A stretch of 64,000 bases of DNA, from NCBI GenBank assembly GCA_038727515.1, contig JAVYVS010000001.1, forward strand, positions 320,001-384,000. Reading direction: 5' to 3'. Both the position numbers and the translations under genes were made by a program. This document shows, in pieces, positions 20,209 to 30,897 of this stretch. The DNA comes from Candidatus Methanomethylicia archaeon (GTDB lineage Archaea; Thermoproteota; Methanomethylicia; Culexarchaeales; Culexarchaeaceae). The notes under the pieces are model-generated. The model ran no database searches and had not been told where the DNA came from. It worked only from the letters and a program-made list of their open reading frames with translations. How positions within the stretch are numbered: the stretch's first letter is position 1; each line of letters opens with the position of its first letter.

Positions 20209-20890
20209 AGGTAAAAGTATTGTAAAAGTAATCAATCTAGTGAAGATATACAAACGCGGTAAAATAGAAGTACCAGCATTAAGAGGCATAAATTTAGAGA
20301 TACCTACAGGAAAAATAATTGGGATAGCTGGACCCTCAGGATCTGGGAAAACTACAATGCTAAACATTATAGGAGGATTAGATACCCCTACGAAGGGTAA
20401 AGTATACGTAGATGATATAGATATAACCACATTAAATGAAAAAGAATTATCTGAATATAGATTGAAAAAAGTGGGATTTATTTTTCAATTTCACAATTTA
20501 ATACCGGTATTAACTGCATTAGAAAATGTTGAAGTACCAATGATATTATCAAAGATACCAAAGGAGGAAAGAAAGAGGAGGGCTATGGAATTATTGAAAA
20601 TGGTTGGACTTGAAGATAGAGTAAACCATAAACCAGATGAAATGAGTGGAGGAGAACAACAGAGGGTAGCTATAGCAAGAGCATTAGCCAATGATCCATC
20701 AATAATATTAGCAGATGAACCCACAGGAAACATAGATACTGACACTACAATAAAAATAATGAATCTAATAGTAAACTTGAATAAACATATGAATAAGACA
20801 TTTATAATAGCAACCCACGATCCAATAGTTATGGAAAAGTGTGAGAAAGTACATAAAATAAGGGATGGAAGAATACTAGAGGAAACTTGA
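20201..20890 (+). CDS. ABC transporter ATP-binding protein (LolD/MacB family)
   Basis: GPSGSGKT, GFIFQ, MSGGEQQRV, LADEPTGN. Confidence 0.95.
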   Translation: MYKGKSIVKVINLVKIYKRGKIEVPALRGINLEIPTGKIIGIAGPSGSGKTTMLNIIGGLDTPTKGKVYVDDIDITTLNEKELSEYRLKKVGFIFQFHNLIPVLTALENVEVPMILSKIPKEERKRRAMELLKMVGLEDRVNHKPDEMSGGEQQRVAIARALANDPSIILADEPTGNIDTDTTIKIMNLIVNLNKHMNKTFIIATHDPIVMEKCEKVHKIRDGRILEET

Positions 20891-21015
20891 AACCAACAAT
20901 TTCAACATTATTAATCTTAATCAAAATACCCATACTAAATAAATCACAAAATTTAAAGATTCTATAGGAATAATCAAGTACAATACCCTAGCATTATTGT
21001 CATGGTGAATTTACC

Positions 21016-22224
21016 ATGATAATTACAAAGGAAGAAGAAATGATGCTTAATGGAGAAAGAGGTGAAGGTGTTCAAAAAGCTATGGAGATAATTGTAGCTT
21101 TAGGTAAAATATATGGTGCTAAAAATCTCATAAAAATTGAGAGTGCACATATATCAGGTGTAAGTTATAAGAATTTAGGGGATGAAGGATTAGAATTCCT
21201 AGAGGAGATAGCTAATACTGGGGTTAAAGTAAGTGTGAAAACCACATTAAATCCTGCTGGAATAGATTTAGATTTCTGGGAAACCCTTGGATTTAAAAGA
21301 GATTTTGCTGAAAAACAGATTAAGATAATTAAAGCCTATGAGAAAATGGGTGTTAAAACTACATGTACATGTACACCATATCTTACTGAGAATAAACCAA
21401 ATTTGGGAAAACATGTAGCTTGGGGTGAATCATCAGCAATAATATATGTAAATTCAGTTTTAGGAGCTAGAACTAATAGGGAAAGTGGTATATCAGCATT
21501 AGCATCAGCAATAACCGGTAGAACTGCAAATTATGGATTACATTTAGACGAAAATAGATTAGCAGATTATAAGATAAATGTTAAATGTGAAGTAAAGGGG
21601 ATATCTGATTTTGGAGCTTTAGGATATCTCATTGGTAAAAAAATAGGTAATAAAATTCCATATATTATTGGTGTAAAAAGTGCAAGTTTAGATGAATTGA
21701 AAGCTTTGGGAGCAGCTATGGCTGCAAGTGGAGCCATAGGATTATTTCATATAGAAGGGATTACACCTGAAACAAACATGAAGAATATGATTAAAGAAAA
21801 CATAGAAGAAATAGAAATCACAAGTTTAAAGGAAGCTTATGAAACATTGAATTCCGACGTTAAAGATATAGATCTTGTAAGTATTGGATGTCCACATACA
21901 TCAATTAATGAAATAACTGAAATAGCTAGATTAATTAGGGGAAGAAAGATTAAAACAGAACTTTGGATAACAACATCTAGATACTTATACAATGAAGCAA
22001 AAAAGCAAGGATTAATAGATGTTATAAATGAAGCTGGTGGAAAAGTTATTAGGGATACATGTATAATTGTAGCTCCAATAGAAGATTTAGGCTTTAAAAC
22101 ATTAGCTACAAATAGTGGTAAAATGGCTCTACTCGCACCATTACACTCAAAAGTTAAAGTTAGATTTGGAAATCTAAATCAATGTATAAAAGCAGCTTTA
22201 GAGGGGGAGTGGATTGATAATTAA
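21016..22224 (+). CDS. Aconitase X large subunit (probable phosphomevalonate dehydratase)
   Basis: AHISGVSY, TCTPY, WGESSA, GARTNRE, IGCPH, DTC. Confidence 0.85.
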   Translation: MIITKEEEMMLNGERGEGVQKAMEIIVALGKIYGAKNLIKIESAHISGVSYKNLGDEGLEFLEEIANTGVKVSVKTTLNPAGIDLDFWETLGFKRDFAEKQIKIIKAYEKMGVKTTCTCTPYLTENKPNLGKHVAWGESSAIIYVNSVLGARTNRESGISALASAITGRTANYGLHLDENRLADYKINVKCEVKGISDFGALGYLIGKKIGNKIPYIIGVKSASLDELKALGAAMAASGAIGLFHIEGITPETNMKNMIKENIEEIEITSLKEAYETLNSDVKDIDLVSIGCPHTSINEITEIARLIRGRKIKTELWITTSRYLYNEAKKQGLIDVINEAGGKVIRDTCIIVAPIEDLGFKTLATNSGKMALLAPLHSKVKVRFGNLNQCIKAALEGEWIDN

Positions 22225-22600
22225 AGGTAGAATTATAAAAGCGGGAAATGTTGAAGGAGAAGCATTAGTTTCCATGGAGCCAATAGCATTCTTTGGAGGA
22301 GTAGATCCAGAAACGGGGAAAATAATTGAGAGAAATCATCCATTGGAAGGGGAAATTATAAGTGGGAAAATACTTGTATTCCCACATGGGAAAGGGTCTA
22401 CTGTTGGAACATATATACTATATAGAATGAAAAAGAAGGGCACAGCACCTAAAGCAATAATAAATGAAGAATGTGAACCAATAATAGCTGTTGGAACAAT
22501 AATATCAGATATACCATGTATAGATAAAGTGGATATAAAGAAAATTAAAAGTGGAGATAAAATAAGAATTGAAGGAGACACCATATACGTAAATGAATAA
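22214..22600 (+). CDS. Aconitase X small (swiveling) subunit, DUF126
   Basis: FFGGVDPETG, GKGSTVG; overlaps large subunit. Confidence 0.85.
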   Translation: MIIKGRIIKAGNVEGEALVSMEPIAFFGGVDPETGKIIERNHPLEGEIISGKILVFPHGKGSTVGTYILYRMKKKGTAPKAIINEECEPIIAVGTIISDIPCIDKVDIKKIKSGDKIRIEGDTIYVNE

Positions 22601-22631
22601 ATAGTTTAATAGTTTAAGTTAACATTAAAAA

Positions 22632-23711
22632 TTATAGTTTGGATTTAACTACATCCTCAAGATTTTTGAGCATTTCGTATATATCCTTGAATTCAATATA
22701 CCCCATATTACCTATTCTAAAGGTTTTATCCTTTATCTTTCCATATCCATGTGCTAATTCAAAACCTCTTTCCCTCATGACTTCATACACTTCATCTCCA
22801 GTCATACCCTTAGGAGCATTAATACAACTTACAGTTGGACTTTCAAATCCTTTACGTGGAAATAGTGTTAAACCAATTTTCTGAACACCTTCACGTATAA
22901 TCCTATTTCTCTCACGATAAAGCTCAAAATAATTGTATTTGCCACCCCATTCATCCCTTATAATTTTTAGAATCCTCCTTAAAGCAAGCATTTGAGGTAT
23001 TGGTGGAGTAGTTGGCGTAGAAAAACGTTCATTATACTTCTTATATAACACAAAATCAAAATACCAACCTTTATTCTTCATATTTGCTGACTTCTTTAAT
23101 GCCAATTCACTTACACTCGCTATAGCTAATCCAGGAGGTATACCAAAACATTTTTGAGAACTTGTAAAACATACATCTATACCCCACCTATCAACTTTAA
23201 TATCAGTTCCACCCATTGAACTAACAGCATCTACAAATAGAAGTTTCCCATGGGATTTAACTACTTCAGCAAGTTTCTCCAATGGATTAATCAACCCTAC
23301 ACTAGTCTCATTATGAGTTATTGCAACAGCTTCCACGTCAGGATTCCTTTTTAAAGCATCATCAAGAAGATCTGGTAAAATAGGTTCACCTAAAGGAACC
23401 TCTAAAACCACAACTTCCCTACCATTAGCCTTAGCCACCTCCACATACCTCTCACCAAAACTTCCATTCACACATATAAGCATCTTCTTCTCAACACAAT
23501 TCCTCACGGAAGCCTCCATAAAACCTGTTCCAGAACTTGGAAAGAAGAAGATTTCACCTTCAGTCTCCAAGAAATCCTTCAATAAAGTTAAAAGCTCAGA
23601 GTGAAGGTCAATGTAATCTTTACTTCTATGACTAAACATCTGTCGACCCATTTCCTCTAAAACTTGAGGATAACATGCCACCGGACCTACAGTAAACAGT
23701 TTCAACTCCAA
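22632..23711 (-). CDS. Class V aminotransferase (serine-pyruvate/alanine-glyoxylate type)
   Basis: SHRS, HNETSVG, VDAVSS, SSQKCFG.PPG, FRIGNMG. Confidence 0.9.
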   Translation of the reverse strand: MELKLFTVGPVACYPQVLEEMGRQMFSHRSKDYIDLHSELLTLLKDFLETEGEIFFFPSSGTGFMEASVRNCVEKKMLICVNGSFGERYVEVAKANGREVVVLEVPLGEPILPDLLDDALKRNPDVEAVAITHNETSVGLINPLEKLAEVVKSHGKLLFVDAVSSMGGTDIKVDRWGIDVCFTSSQKCFGIPPGLAIASVSELALKKSANMKNKGWYFDFVLYKKYNERFSTPTTPPIPQMLALRRILKIIRDEWGGKYNYFELYRERNRIIREGVQKIGLTLFPRKGFESPTVSCINAPKGMTGDEVYEVMRERGFELAHGYGKIKDKTFRIGNMGYIEFKDIYEMLKNLEDVVKSKL

Positions 23712-23876
23712 TCAAAACACCAAAAAGAATAGATTAAAATGAGTATAAAATGTTAACTATTCACATAAATCAGAACATAAATGAGTGGGAAAAGCACAAC
23801 TTAGGTAAATAGGAGATTCCACATCCCTTTAAATTTTAAACCTTTAAATATTTTGTACATGTAGAGATTATAGGGT

Positions 23877-24545
23877 ATGGTTGTATTGGAATCCTTAAAG
23901 AAAGAATTTCTTAATCTCCTAGATAGAGACTTGGAATTCCGTTACGCAGTTGCTGGTTACCTTGGATTATCTGAAATACTGAAAAAACTTGATTTGCTGG
24001 TTGAAGAACAAGTTAAACTCAGAGAAGAACAAACGAAAATCTTGACTGAAATAACAAGAATATGGACTGAAATAACAAAGATCTGGACTGAAATAGCAAG
24101 ATTAAGGGAAGACTTTAATAGAGCTTTCAAACAATTAGACTCTAGACTTTCTAGAGTTGAACGAACATTAGAAAAAATCACGCTAGAGATTGAAGATGAG
24201 GCTAGAATTATGATTAAATATAGGCTTAAGAATATAGGTTGTGAAATTGATGTTTTTCCAATAATCCTACCAGATTTAGAGATAAATATTTACGGAGCTT
24301 CTGACGAATTATGTATTATCGGCGAAGCTTCTGTTAGAGCTTCTTCAAGCATTATTGATGAAATTAATCGTAATATTGATAAAATGAGAAATCTATATCC
24401 CAATATGCTTAGGCCGAAGATCATTAAAGTTGTTTACACTAGTTTAGCAATGCCTGATTTAATTGAAAGAGCCGAAAAGGAGGGGATATGGGTTTTAAAG
24501 GCCACTGGCGATATCGTTAAGCCTAAGGATTTACCGCTAAATTAA
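23877..24545 (+). CDS. Archaeal coiled-coil protein with C-terminal degenerate PD-(D/E)XK-like domain (PaREP/DUF3782-like)
   Basis: D.EFRYAVAGYLG N-terminus, heptad repeats, EINIYG...IGEASVR. Confidence 0.65.
   Translation: MVVLESLKKEFLNLLDRDLEFRYAVAGYLGLSEILKKLDLLVEEQVKLREEQTKILTEITRIWTEITKIWTEIARLREDFNRAFKQLDSRLSRVERTLEKITLEIEDEARIMIKYRLKNIGCEIDVFPIILPDLEINIYGASDELCIIGEASVRASSSIIDEINRNIDKMRNLYPNMLRPKIIKVVYTSLAMPDLIERAEKEGIWVLKATGDIVKPKDLPLN
24045..24104 (+). repeat. About 3 imperfect 21-bp tandem repeats encoding heptads TEITRIW/TEITKIW/TEIARL
   Basis: actgaaataacaagaatatgg actgaaataacaaagatctgg actgaaatagcaagatta. Confidence 0.85.
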
Positions 24546-24780
24546 TTTTGATACACCATTTCCTGGATTAATTATTTCCAACATGTAAACTTAAAATCAT
24601 ATTGAACTTAGGAAACTGGGTAGCTTATTTTTAGTTTTAAATTAAACGTTTTCACAGAGCTATCTCTTCATTTTCTCCCAATAACTATTGAAGTAAAAAT
24701 GAGTTTAATTCTACATAGATAATAGATTTAAAATGGTAAATGTTAAGTGTAATTTTAATTTAATTATTTGAGGGTTCTAA

Positions 24781-25350
24781 ATGTCTATCAAAAAGATCGT
24801 GTATTTCGATGAACCAGGTCCACAAAATACAGATGAAACTTTGAAATTAGCTAAAGAACGTGCAGATGAACTTGGTATAAAGAAGATAATAGTGGCAAGT
24901 ACAACCGGTGAAACTGGAGTAAAAGCTTCAGAAGTATTTAAGGGATACGATCTAATCGTTGTTAGTCACGTGGCATGGTTTAGAGGTCCAGATGTAGAAG
25001 AATTCTCAAAGGAAAATTATGAGAAGATAATTAGAAATGGTGGAAAAGTTGTTACTGCTACACATGCATTTGGAGGTATTGGAAGAGCTATTAGAAGAAA
25101 GTTTAATACTATAGAGGTAGATGAAATCATAGCCAATGTATTAAGGCTTTTCGGTCAAGGGATGAAGGTTGCATGTGAAATAACATGTATGGCTGTAGAT
25201 GCTGGATATGTAAAGCCCGGGGAAGAAGTTATTAGTATTGCTGGAACTGGTAGAGGAGCGGATACAGCAATAGTAATAAAGGCGGCAAATACACATGAAT
25301 TCTTTGAAACAAAAATAAAGGAGATAATATGTAAACCATTAAAAACTTGA
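24781..25350 (+). CDS. Pyruvate-kinase C-terminal-like alpha/beta protein (MTH1675-like)
   Basis: YFDEPGPQNT, VASTTGETG, FGQGMKVACE, GTGRGADTA. Confidence 0.85.
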   Translation: MSIKKIVYFDEPGPQNTDETLKLAKERADELGIKKIIVASTTGETGVKASEVFKGYDLIVVSHVAWFRGPDVEEFSKENYEKIIRNGGKVVTATHAFGGIGRAIRRKFNTIEVDEIIANVLRLFGQGMKVACEITCMAVDAGYVKPGEEVISIAGTGRGADTAIVIKAANTHEFFETKIKEIICKPLKT

Positions 25351-25353
25351 AAA

Positions 25354-26103
25354 TCATATTTTTAACAATCTTTTTATATTCTCCCCCATTATAAGCCTTC
25401 TATAATTTTCATCAATACCAGTAAGTTCAATTGTCTTTAACTCAAATTTTATATGTCCAAATGGCATTTGAGAACTAAATAAAAGTCTATTGGGATCCAT
25501 AGTTTCAGGTATACGTTTAAGGAACATATCTATTCCTTGATGTCCACCTCGTAATGGATAAGTTTCTAGGAATAGATTTTGTAGGTTTTGTGACATTGGG
25601 GATCTTGTGGAGAGTATTGCAGCTATAGAGGATTGCCCAGTAATGAAATTAACATTTTGATTCATATATGCTAAGAATACAACTCCTTCCGCTGAATAAA
25701 ATTGAGATGATGAACTCTTAATGTATAATGGTACTTCAAGTTTACCAGCTAATTCAATAACAGGTTTAACTATGGGTGAAGTTATAGAGAAAGATTCATT
25801 TTGTGGATCTATGTATAATGCTTTAAATCCCCATTCAATAATTGCCTTTTTAGCTTTTTCAAATTCAGAAATTCCAAACCATGGATTTAAACGGTAAACA
25901 CCAATTAATCTATCACATTTCTTAGTAGCTTCATAAACATAATTATTACCAGAATCATAGTAGGGTCCAGGTGGAGGTGCAACTACTACAGCCATATCAA
26001 CCATATTTTCATCCATAATCCTCAATAATTCTTCATACGTGAATTTTCCACGTCTAAAATATATGCTTTCACCAATAAATACATGGGCATCTATAACAAC
26101 CAT
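25354..26103 (-). CDS. Amidohydrolase_2-family protein with degenerate metal ligands
   Basis: IDAHVF start and TIM-barrel layout paralogous to the neighbour; most His/Asp ligands substituted. Confidence 0.75.
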   Translation of the reverse strand: MVVIDAHVFIGESIYFRRGKFTYEELLRIMDENMVDMAVVVAPPPGPYYDSGNNYVYEATKKCDRLIGVYRLNPWFGISEFEKAKKAIIEWGFKALYIDPQNESFSITSPIVKPVIELAGKLEVPLYIKSSSSQFYSAEGVVFLAYMNQNVNFITGQSSIAAILSTRSPMSQNLQNLFLETYPLRGGHQGIDMFLKRIPETMDPNRLLFSSQMPFGHIKFELKTIELTGIDENYRRLIMGENIKRLLKI

Positions 26104-26876
26104 TATAAACCCCTCCTCTTCTTAATATCATCTAAAATTCTTTTAGCATTCAATCCAAGTATAAGCTCCCTATCTCTATCCGAGAGATCTGCAAGTTTAA
26201 TTTTTAAAGTTTCAAGTTCAATACAGCCCTGAGGGAAATCTGAAGCATACAAAACCTTTTCTGGACCTGCAAGTTCCACTGCTTTCTCAATAGCACTTAT
26301 ACTATGACATAGAGCTGTATCAACATAAACATTATCAAACCATCTAGCTATTAGAATTGCATCCATATAGAAGGATTTACCAAGATGCCCTAAGATTATT
26401 GGAATCTCTGGGAAATGCTCAGCTAAATATCCTACAGCTGTAGGATGTGAATAATCAGCTTCACCAGTATGTAGTAATAGTAATCCACCATACTCCTTAA
26501 GTTTATCCATTATTGGAAAAATTAATTCCCTATTATCAGGTGAAACAGCTTCATTCCTTAGATGTATCTTTATACCCCAAAAACCATTTTTCAATGCCCA
26601 TTCAGCTTCTTCAATAGCTTTAACTCTAAGATGAGGATTAACTCTAGCAACACAATAAAATCTTTCTGGATATTTCCTTTGAACATCCAGTAAAAATAGA
26701 TTTGCTTCACTATAACTCCTATCCCCAGAAATAGATGAGTATGGTGGTGTTGTAATCATAGCAGTCATACCAATATCATCCATAAGCTTAATACGTTCTT
26801 CAGGGGTTACTGGAGGTAAATCTTTACCGGGAGGACCGAAGTGTGTATGTGCATCAATATAAATCAATTCATCCAC
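26103..26876 (-). CDS. Amidohydrolase_2-family metallohydrolase
   Basis: DAHTH, GIKIH, LHTG, LGHLG, ASDFP. Confidence 0.85.
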   Translation of the reverse strand: MDELIYIDAHTHFGPPGKDLPPVTPEERIKLMDDIGMTAMITTPPYSSISGDRSYSEANLFLLDVQRKYPERFYCVARVNPHLRVKAIEEAEWALKNGFWGIKIHLRNEAVSPDNRELIFPIMDKLKEYGGLLLLHTGEADYSHPTAVGYLAEHFPEIPIILGHLGKSFYMDAILIARWFDNVYVDTALCHSISAIEKAVELAGPEKVLYASDFPQGCIELETLKIKLADLSDRDRELILGLNAKRILDDIKKRRGL

Positions 26877-27723
26877 CCCTCAAAGACTTTAATGCATCTT
26901 CTTCAGAAACATTATGTGATTTTACATTAAAAGTTTTGAAAGCTTCAATAAATTTACAGAACCAATCAACAAGTTCATCCACCAATTTCATACCAAGTTC
27001 AACATTAACCTTAGAAAAATCTTTAACATCTGGAATTACATTTGGCAATACTTCAGTCATAGAACCAGTATCAGAAACATCAGAAGTCTTAAGTGAAATC
27101 CTTATTATACCACCCATAAATCTAGCTGAATTCAAACTTTCAAGTTGAATTTCGTCATGAACTTGCTTTGTGGAGGAAAGTATAGCATAGTTAAGATTTA
27201 CAGCTTCAGGTTTTAAAGCAAGCATTAAAGCTGTTTCAGCATAACCAGCATGAGTTTGAGCAGGTTGACCTAAAATAGTTTTACCCATACCACTAAGAAT
27301 ATCCCACCATTGACAAACAACACATAAAATACCAAACTTTTCACGAGCATACCTACAGACTTCAAGTAATGAATTTAAATTTCCACCATGACCATTAATA
27401 AACAAAACTTTAGAAACACCATGCTTACTTAAAGACTCTAAAATATCCATTAAAACAGCTCTAAAAGTATTTGGAGATAAAGTTATAGTACCCGGGAAAT
27501 CCATATGATGAACTGCAACACCATAAGGTAATACTGGTAGAACTGGAATATTTGTACGTTCACCTACACGCCTAGAAAGCTCCCAAGCAATAATCCAATC
27601 AGTCCCTAAACCAAGATGTAAACCATGCTGCTCAAAAGAACCAACTGGAATAATAACCATTCCAATAGAAGATAAAACCTTACCAGCTTCAATCCAACTC
27701 ATAGCAGAAAGATCATGAGTCAA
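26869..27723 (-). CDS. Creatininase/MftE-family amidohydrolase
   Basis: GSFEQHG.HL..GTD, FPGT, NGHGGN, HAG..ET. Confidence 0.9.
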   Translation of the reverse strand: MTHDLSAMSWIEAGKVLSSIGMVIIPVGSFEQHGLHLGLGTDWIIAWELSRRVGERTNIPVLPVLPYGVAVHHMDFPGTITLSPNTFRAVLMDILESLSKHGVSKVLFINGHGGNLNSLLEVCRYAREKFGILCVVCQWWDILSGMGKTILGQPAQTHAGYAETALMLALKPEAVNLNYAILSSTKQVHDEIQLESLNSARFMGGIIRISLKTSDVSDTGSMTEVLPNVIPDVKDFSKVNVELGMKLVDELVDWFCKFIEAFKTFNVKSHNVSEEDALKSLRGG

Positions 27724-27813
27724 TTAAATCACCATCAACAATTATAACTATAACATCTATTTAACATTTAAAATCTATAATACAGTTTAAATGTAAACGT
27801 AACATAATATTCT

Positions 27814-29631
27814 ATGAATAACATGATGAAAAATATTAATGAAATTCTAGAGGAAGAATACTCAATACAAGAGCTAATGGAATTTCTAACAAAACTAAGT
27901 TATTACCATAGAATTCAGGGAAGTGATGGAATAGAAGAAGCTGGAGAATACATAAAAACGGCATTAATAGAGAGGAGTGGAAGAAATATTGAATTAAAAA
28001 GATATAGTTATAGTGTACCCTATGGATCATATGATCCAGTTACTGGATGGAAAGTGAAGGATGGAGAATTAAGATTGATAAAACCAAAAGAAGAATTATT
28101 ACATACATTTAAAAATTCCAGAACCTTAGTGATGGCACATAGCCCAGGTGGAGTAGTAGAAGCAGAAGTTGTACACGTTGGAAATGGAGTAGATCCATCA
28201 AATTATGATAAAATTGATGTAAAGGGTAAAATAGTATTGGCATATGGTTATGGTGGCATAGTATATAGGAATGCAGAATTGAAAGGTGCATGTGGATTAC
28301 TTGTTTATAGGAGAAGTGGAACTGAAGACTCAGTTCCATATATGGGATTATTTCTAACACCTGAAGAAGCAAAGGAAGCTAGAATACCTGCAGTAACAGT
28401 TTCAAGAGCTACAGCCAATAGATTAATACAATTAATTGAGAGAGGAGAAAAACCAGTTGTAAGAATATCTGTTGAAGCTGAATATAGAAGTGAAGCTTGG
28501 ATTCCAGTTGTGACAATGAGCATTGGAGGTGGAAGTGGAGAAATCCATTTAACAGCACATTATTGTCATCCAGCTGGAACGGTAAATGATAATGTTAGTG
28601 GTTCAGCAGCATTAATGGAATTAGCTTTAACCTTTAATAGAGCTATAGAGAAAAAATTGATTGAAGAACCAGATAAACATATCATAAAATTCATTTGGAT
28701 ACCTGAATATGCAGGATCACTAGCATATATGTTGAATGAAAAACCAACGGTAGTATTCAATATAAATTTGGATATGATTGGAGAAAAACAGGAATTAACT
28801 GGATCAACAATAAACTTTGTTAGATCACCACCAAAAATATACCATCCATATGAAGCTGTAGCATACTATACATTTAGAAGAGCATTATCATTAAGTGAAG
28901 AGATAGGATCTCATAGAAGAGCATTATCATATAAATTCGATTTAACACCATATCAAACTGGAAGCGACCATGATGTATACATACAATTGGAGATACCAGC
29001 CATAATGATATTACAATGGCCAGATTTATATTACCATAGCGATCAAGATACAGTAGATAAATTTGATCCAAAAATAGCAAAGCGAATAGCAGTAGCAGCT
29101 GGAGAAACAGCATATAAAATAGCTAAAAGGGGTTTTGAAGATGAAATAAAAATTTATGCTAAAGCATACTTCCATGAATACATTGCAAATGAAATGATAT
29201 ATACCAATAAAGAGTATCTAGACGAAAGATATAGGTACCTAATTAAGACAATTGGGGAGAAAACACTACAAATAGTTAAAGATGAATATTTAGAAAAACT
29301 ACTCAGAGAAATCGAATTGGAGGGGGAGGAAATGGTTGAAGGAGAAAAATATGTGTATAAAGGTCCTGTGGGAATACTGTCTACAAGAAGAATATATAGA
29401 GCAATTGGATGGAATAAATACATTGAACTAGAAAAGCAATTTGAAAGAATGCCACTACTATCAAGGATTATGGGAACAGTAATCCCATTATATATGAGGA
29501 AACCCATGAGCATAAATGAATTGCAAAAAACAATATTAATGGAGTTTGGAGTTAAAATTGAAAAAGAAAATTTGGAAACAATCCTAAAGATACTTGAAGA
29601 AGCAAAAATTGTAGAAAAATTAAATAAATAA
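27814..29631 (+). CDS. M28-family peptidase with PA domain (DUF4910-like)
   Basis: YHRIQGS, PA insert, AHYCHP, NDNVSG, NLDMIG, GSDH, YHSDQD. Confidence 0.8.
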   Translation: MNNMMKNINEILEEEYSIQELMEFLTKLSYYHRIQGSDGIEEAGEYIKTALIERSGRNIELKRYSYSVPYGSYDPVTGWKVKDGELRLIKPKEELLHTFKNSRTLVMAHSPGGVVEAEVVHVGNGVDPSNYDKIDVKGKIVLAYGYGGIVYRNAELKGACGLLVYRRSGTEDSVPYMGLFLTPEEAKEARIPAVTVSRATANRLIQLIERGEKPVVRISVEAEYRSEAWIPVVTMSIGGGSGEIHLTAHYCHPAGTVNDNVSGSAALMELALTFNRAIEKKLIEEPDKHIIKFIWIPEYAGSLAYMLNEKPTVVFNINLDMIGEKQELTGSTINFVRSPPKIYHPYEAVAYYTFRRALSLSEEIGSHRRALSYKFDLTPYQTGSDHDVYIQLEIPAIMILQWPDLYYHSDQDTVDKFDPKIAKRIAVAAGETAYKIAKRGFEDEIKIYAKAYFHEYIANEMIYTNKEYLDERYRYLIKTIGEKTLQIVKDEYLEKLLREIELEGEEMVEGEKYVYKGPVGILSTRRIYRAIGWNKYIELEKQFERMPLLSRIMGTVIPLYMRKPMSINELQKTILMEFGVKIEKENLETILKILEEAKIVEKLNK

Positions 29632-29633
29632 AC

Positions 29634-30176
29634 TTATTTTTTGATTTTCAAAAGAGATTCATCCACATATACCCCAAGAATCCTACCGAAATACAATGTA
29701 TGATAATTGCCAGCTGGGTAAATACTTTCTTCAATAGTTTTCTCTAAACTTCCAGGGGTAACTTCAGATTTAAATGAAATCCTACATTCATAATGTATTG
29801 GGCATTGAGCAATATATGGAACGGAAATATTATAACTTGGAACAGCACTTAAACCAAGATCCTTAAATTTATCACGATCTCTACCTGAATAAGTCCCACA
29901 ATACTCCAAAACGTTCTCCATACCATCACTGGGAACATTAACAGTAAATTCCCCACGTTCTTCAAGCAACTTATATGTATACCTAGACTTCCTAACAGCA
30001 ATTACAAAAAACGGTTCCCTCCACATTCTACCAATAAGACCCCAACCAATAGTCATAACATTTGGAATATTGTTCAAACCCATAGAAACTAATAGAAGTC
30101 CACCCTTATTCATTCTACTAATAGTTTCATCAACAAACATATAATAATCCACAGCAACCCTAACCATAAGGGTCAA
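29634..30176 (-). CDS. Flavin reductase-like FMN-binding protein
   Basis: NVMTIGWG, R.SRYT, GTYSGRDRDK, YHTLYFG. Confidence 0.85.
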   Translation of the reverse strand: MTLMVRVAVDYYMFVDETISRMNKGGLLLVSMGLNNIPNVMTIGWGLIGRMWREPFFVIAVRKSRYTYKLLEERGEFTVNVPSDGMENVLEYCGTYSGRDRDKFKDLGLSAVPSYNISVPYIAQCPIHYECRISFKSEVTPGSLEKTIEESIYPAGNYHTLYFGRILGVYVDESLLKIKK

Positions 30177-30229
30177 AAATAATATAAACTTTAAAGATAA
30201 AACATTTACGAAAAAAAGTTAATTTAAGT

Positions 30230-30895
30230 TTAAGATTTTCTACGTTTATAAACGTCAAACACCACTAGCAATACTGCAACTATCAACAATACGTTTTGAG
30301 GATATTTTGCCAAAAATGCTGCACGTTCAATGGTGAAAATCTGATTAGCATATAATGTTGCACCAAAAGTAGAGCCAAAAGCTAACATCATACTCCACCT
30401 ACCAATCCTAGCTAAACCACCAATCCAACCCTTATGTTCAATGGTAAATGTAAAGTAACTCACTGTAGCAATACAAGCAATTGTAGCAATAATATGATTA
30501 ATCAAATCTATGGTAGACAACCCTGAAAATTTAACACCTAAACCCTCTATTTGCCCTATAATCATAACTGGAATAGCTCTACTCACAGCATAACCAGAAC
30601 CTGCACCAGCAATAGCAGCCATAGCCCATCTACTCAAAAACAAATACTTCTTTGAGTAAATAGTGTATAGAAGTAAACCTAAGATTGCAGGTATTATAAG
30701 CCAAAACTTACCTTGAATTAAAGGTTGTAGCCAAATGCGATTCAAAGTGGATAGAGAAATGTACAATGTATAACCCATGCCAAAACCGACCATAAGAACT
30801 TCAGCAATCCTATAAAATACGTTCTCCCTATATAGTAGACTCCAAGCCATCAAAGTTAATGCACCAACAATAAGTGGAGTAACAAATTCACTCAT
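30230..30895 (-). CDS. Four-gene membrane system copy 2, subunit D
   Basis: SLLYRENVFYRIAE, IGRWSMMLAFGSTFG. Confidence 0.85.
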   Translation of the reverse strand: MSEFVTPLIVGALTLMAWSLLYRENVFYRIAEVLMVGFGMGYTLYISLSTLNRIWLQPLIQGKFWLIIPAILGLLLYTIYSKKYLFLSRWAMAAIAGAGSGYAVSRAIPVMIIGQIEGLGVKFSGLSTIDLINHIIATIACIATVSYFTFTIEHKGWIGGLARIGRWSMMLAFGSTFGATLYANQIFTIERAAFLAKYPQNVLLIVAVLLVVFDVYKRRKS

Positions 30896-30897
30896 AT

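Noticed and set aside
18955-20890. MacB/LolD-type ABC pair as the energiser of the four-gene membrane system
   Set aside because: More than 9 kb from any copy and already has its own cognate permease
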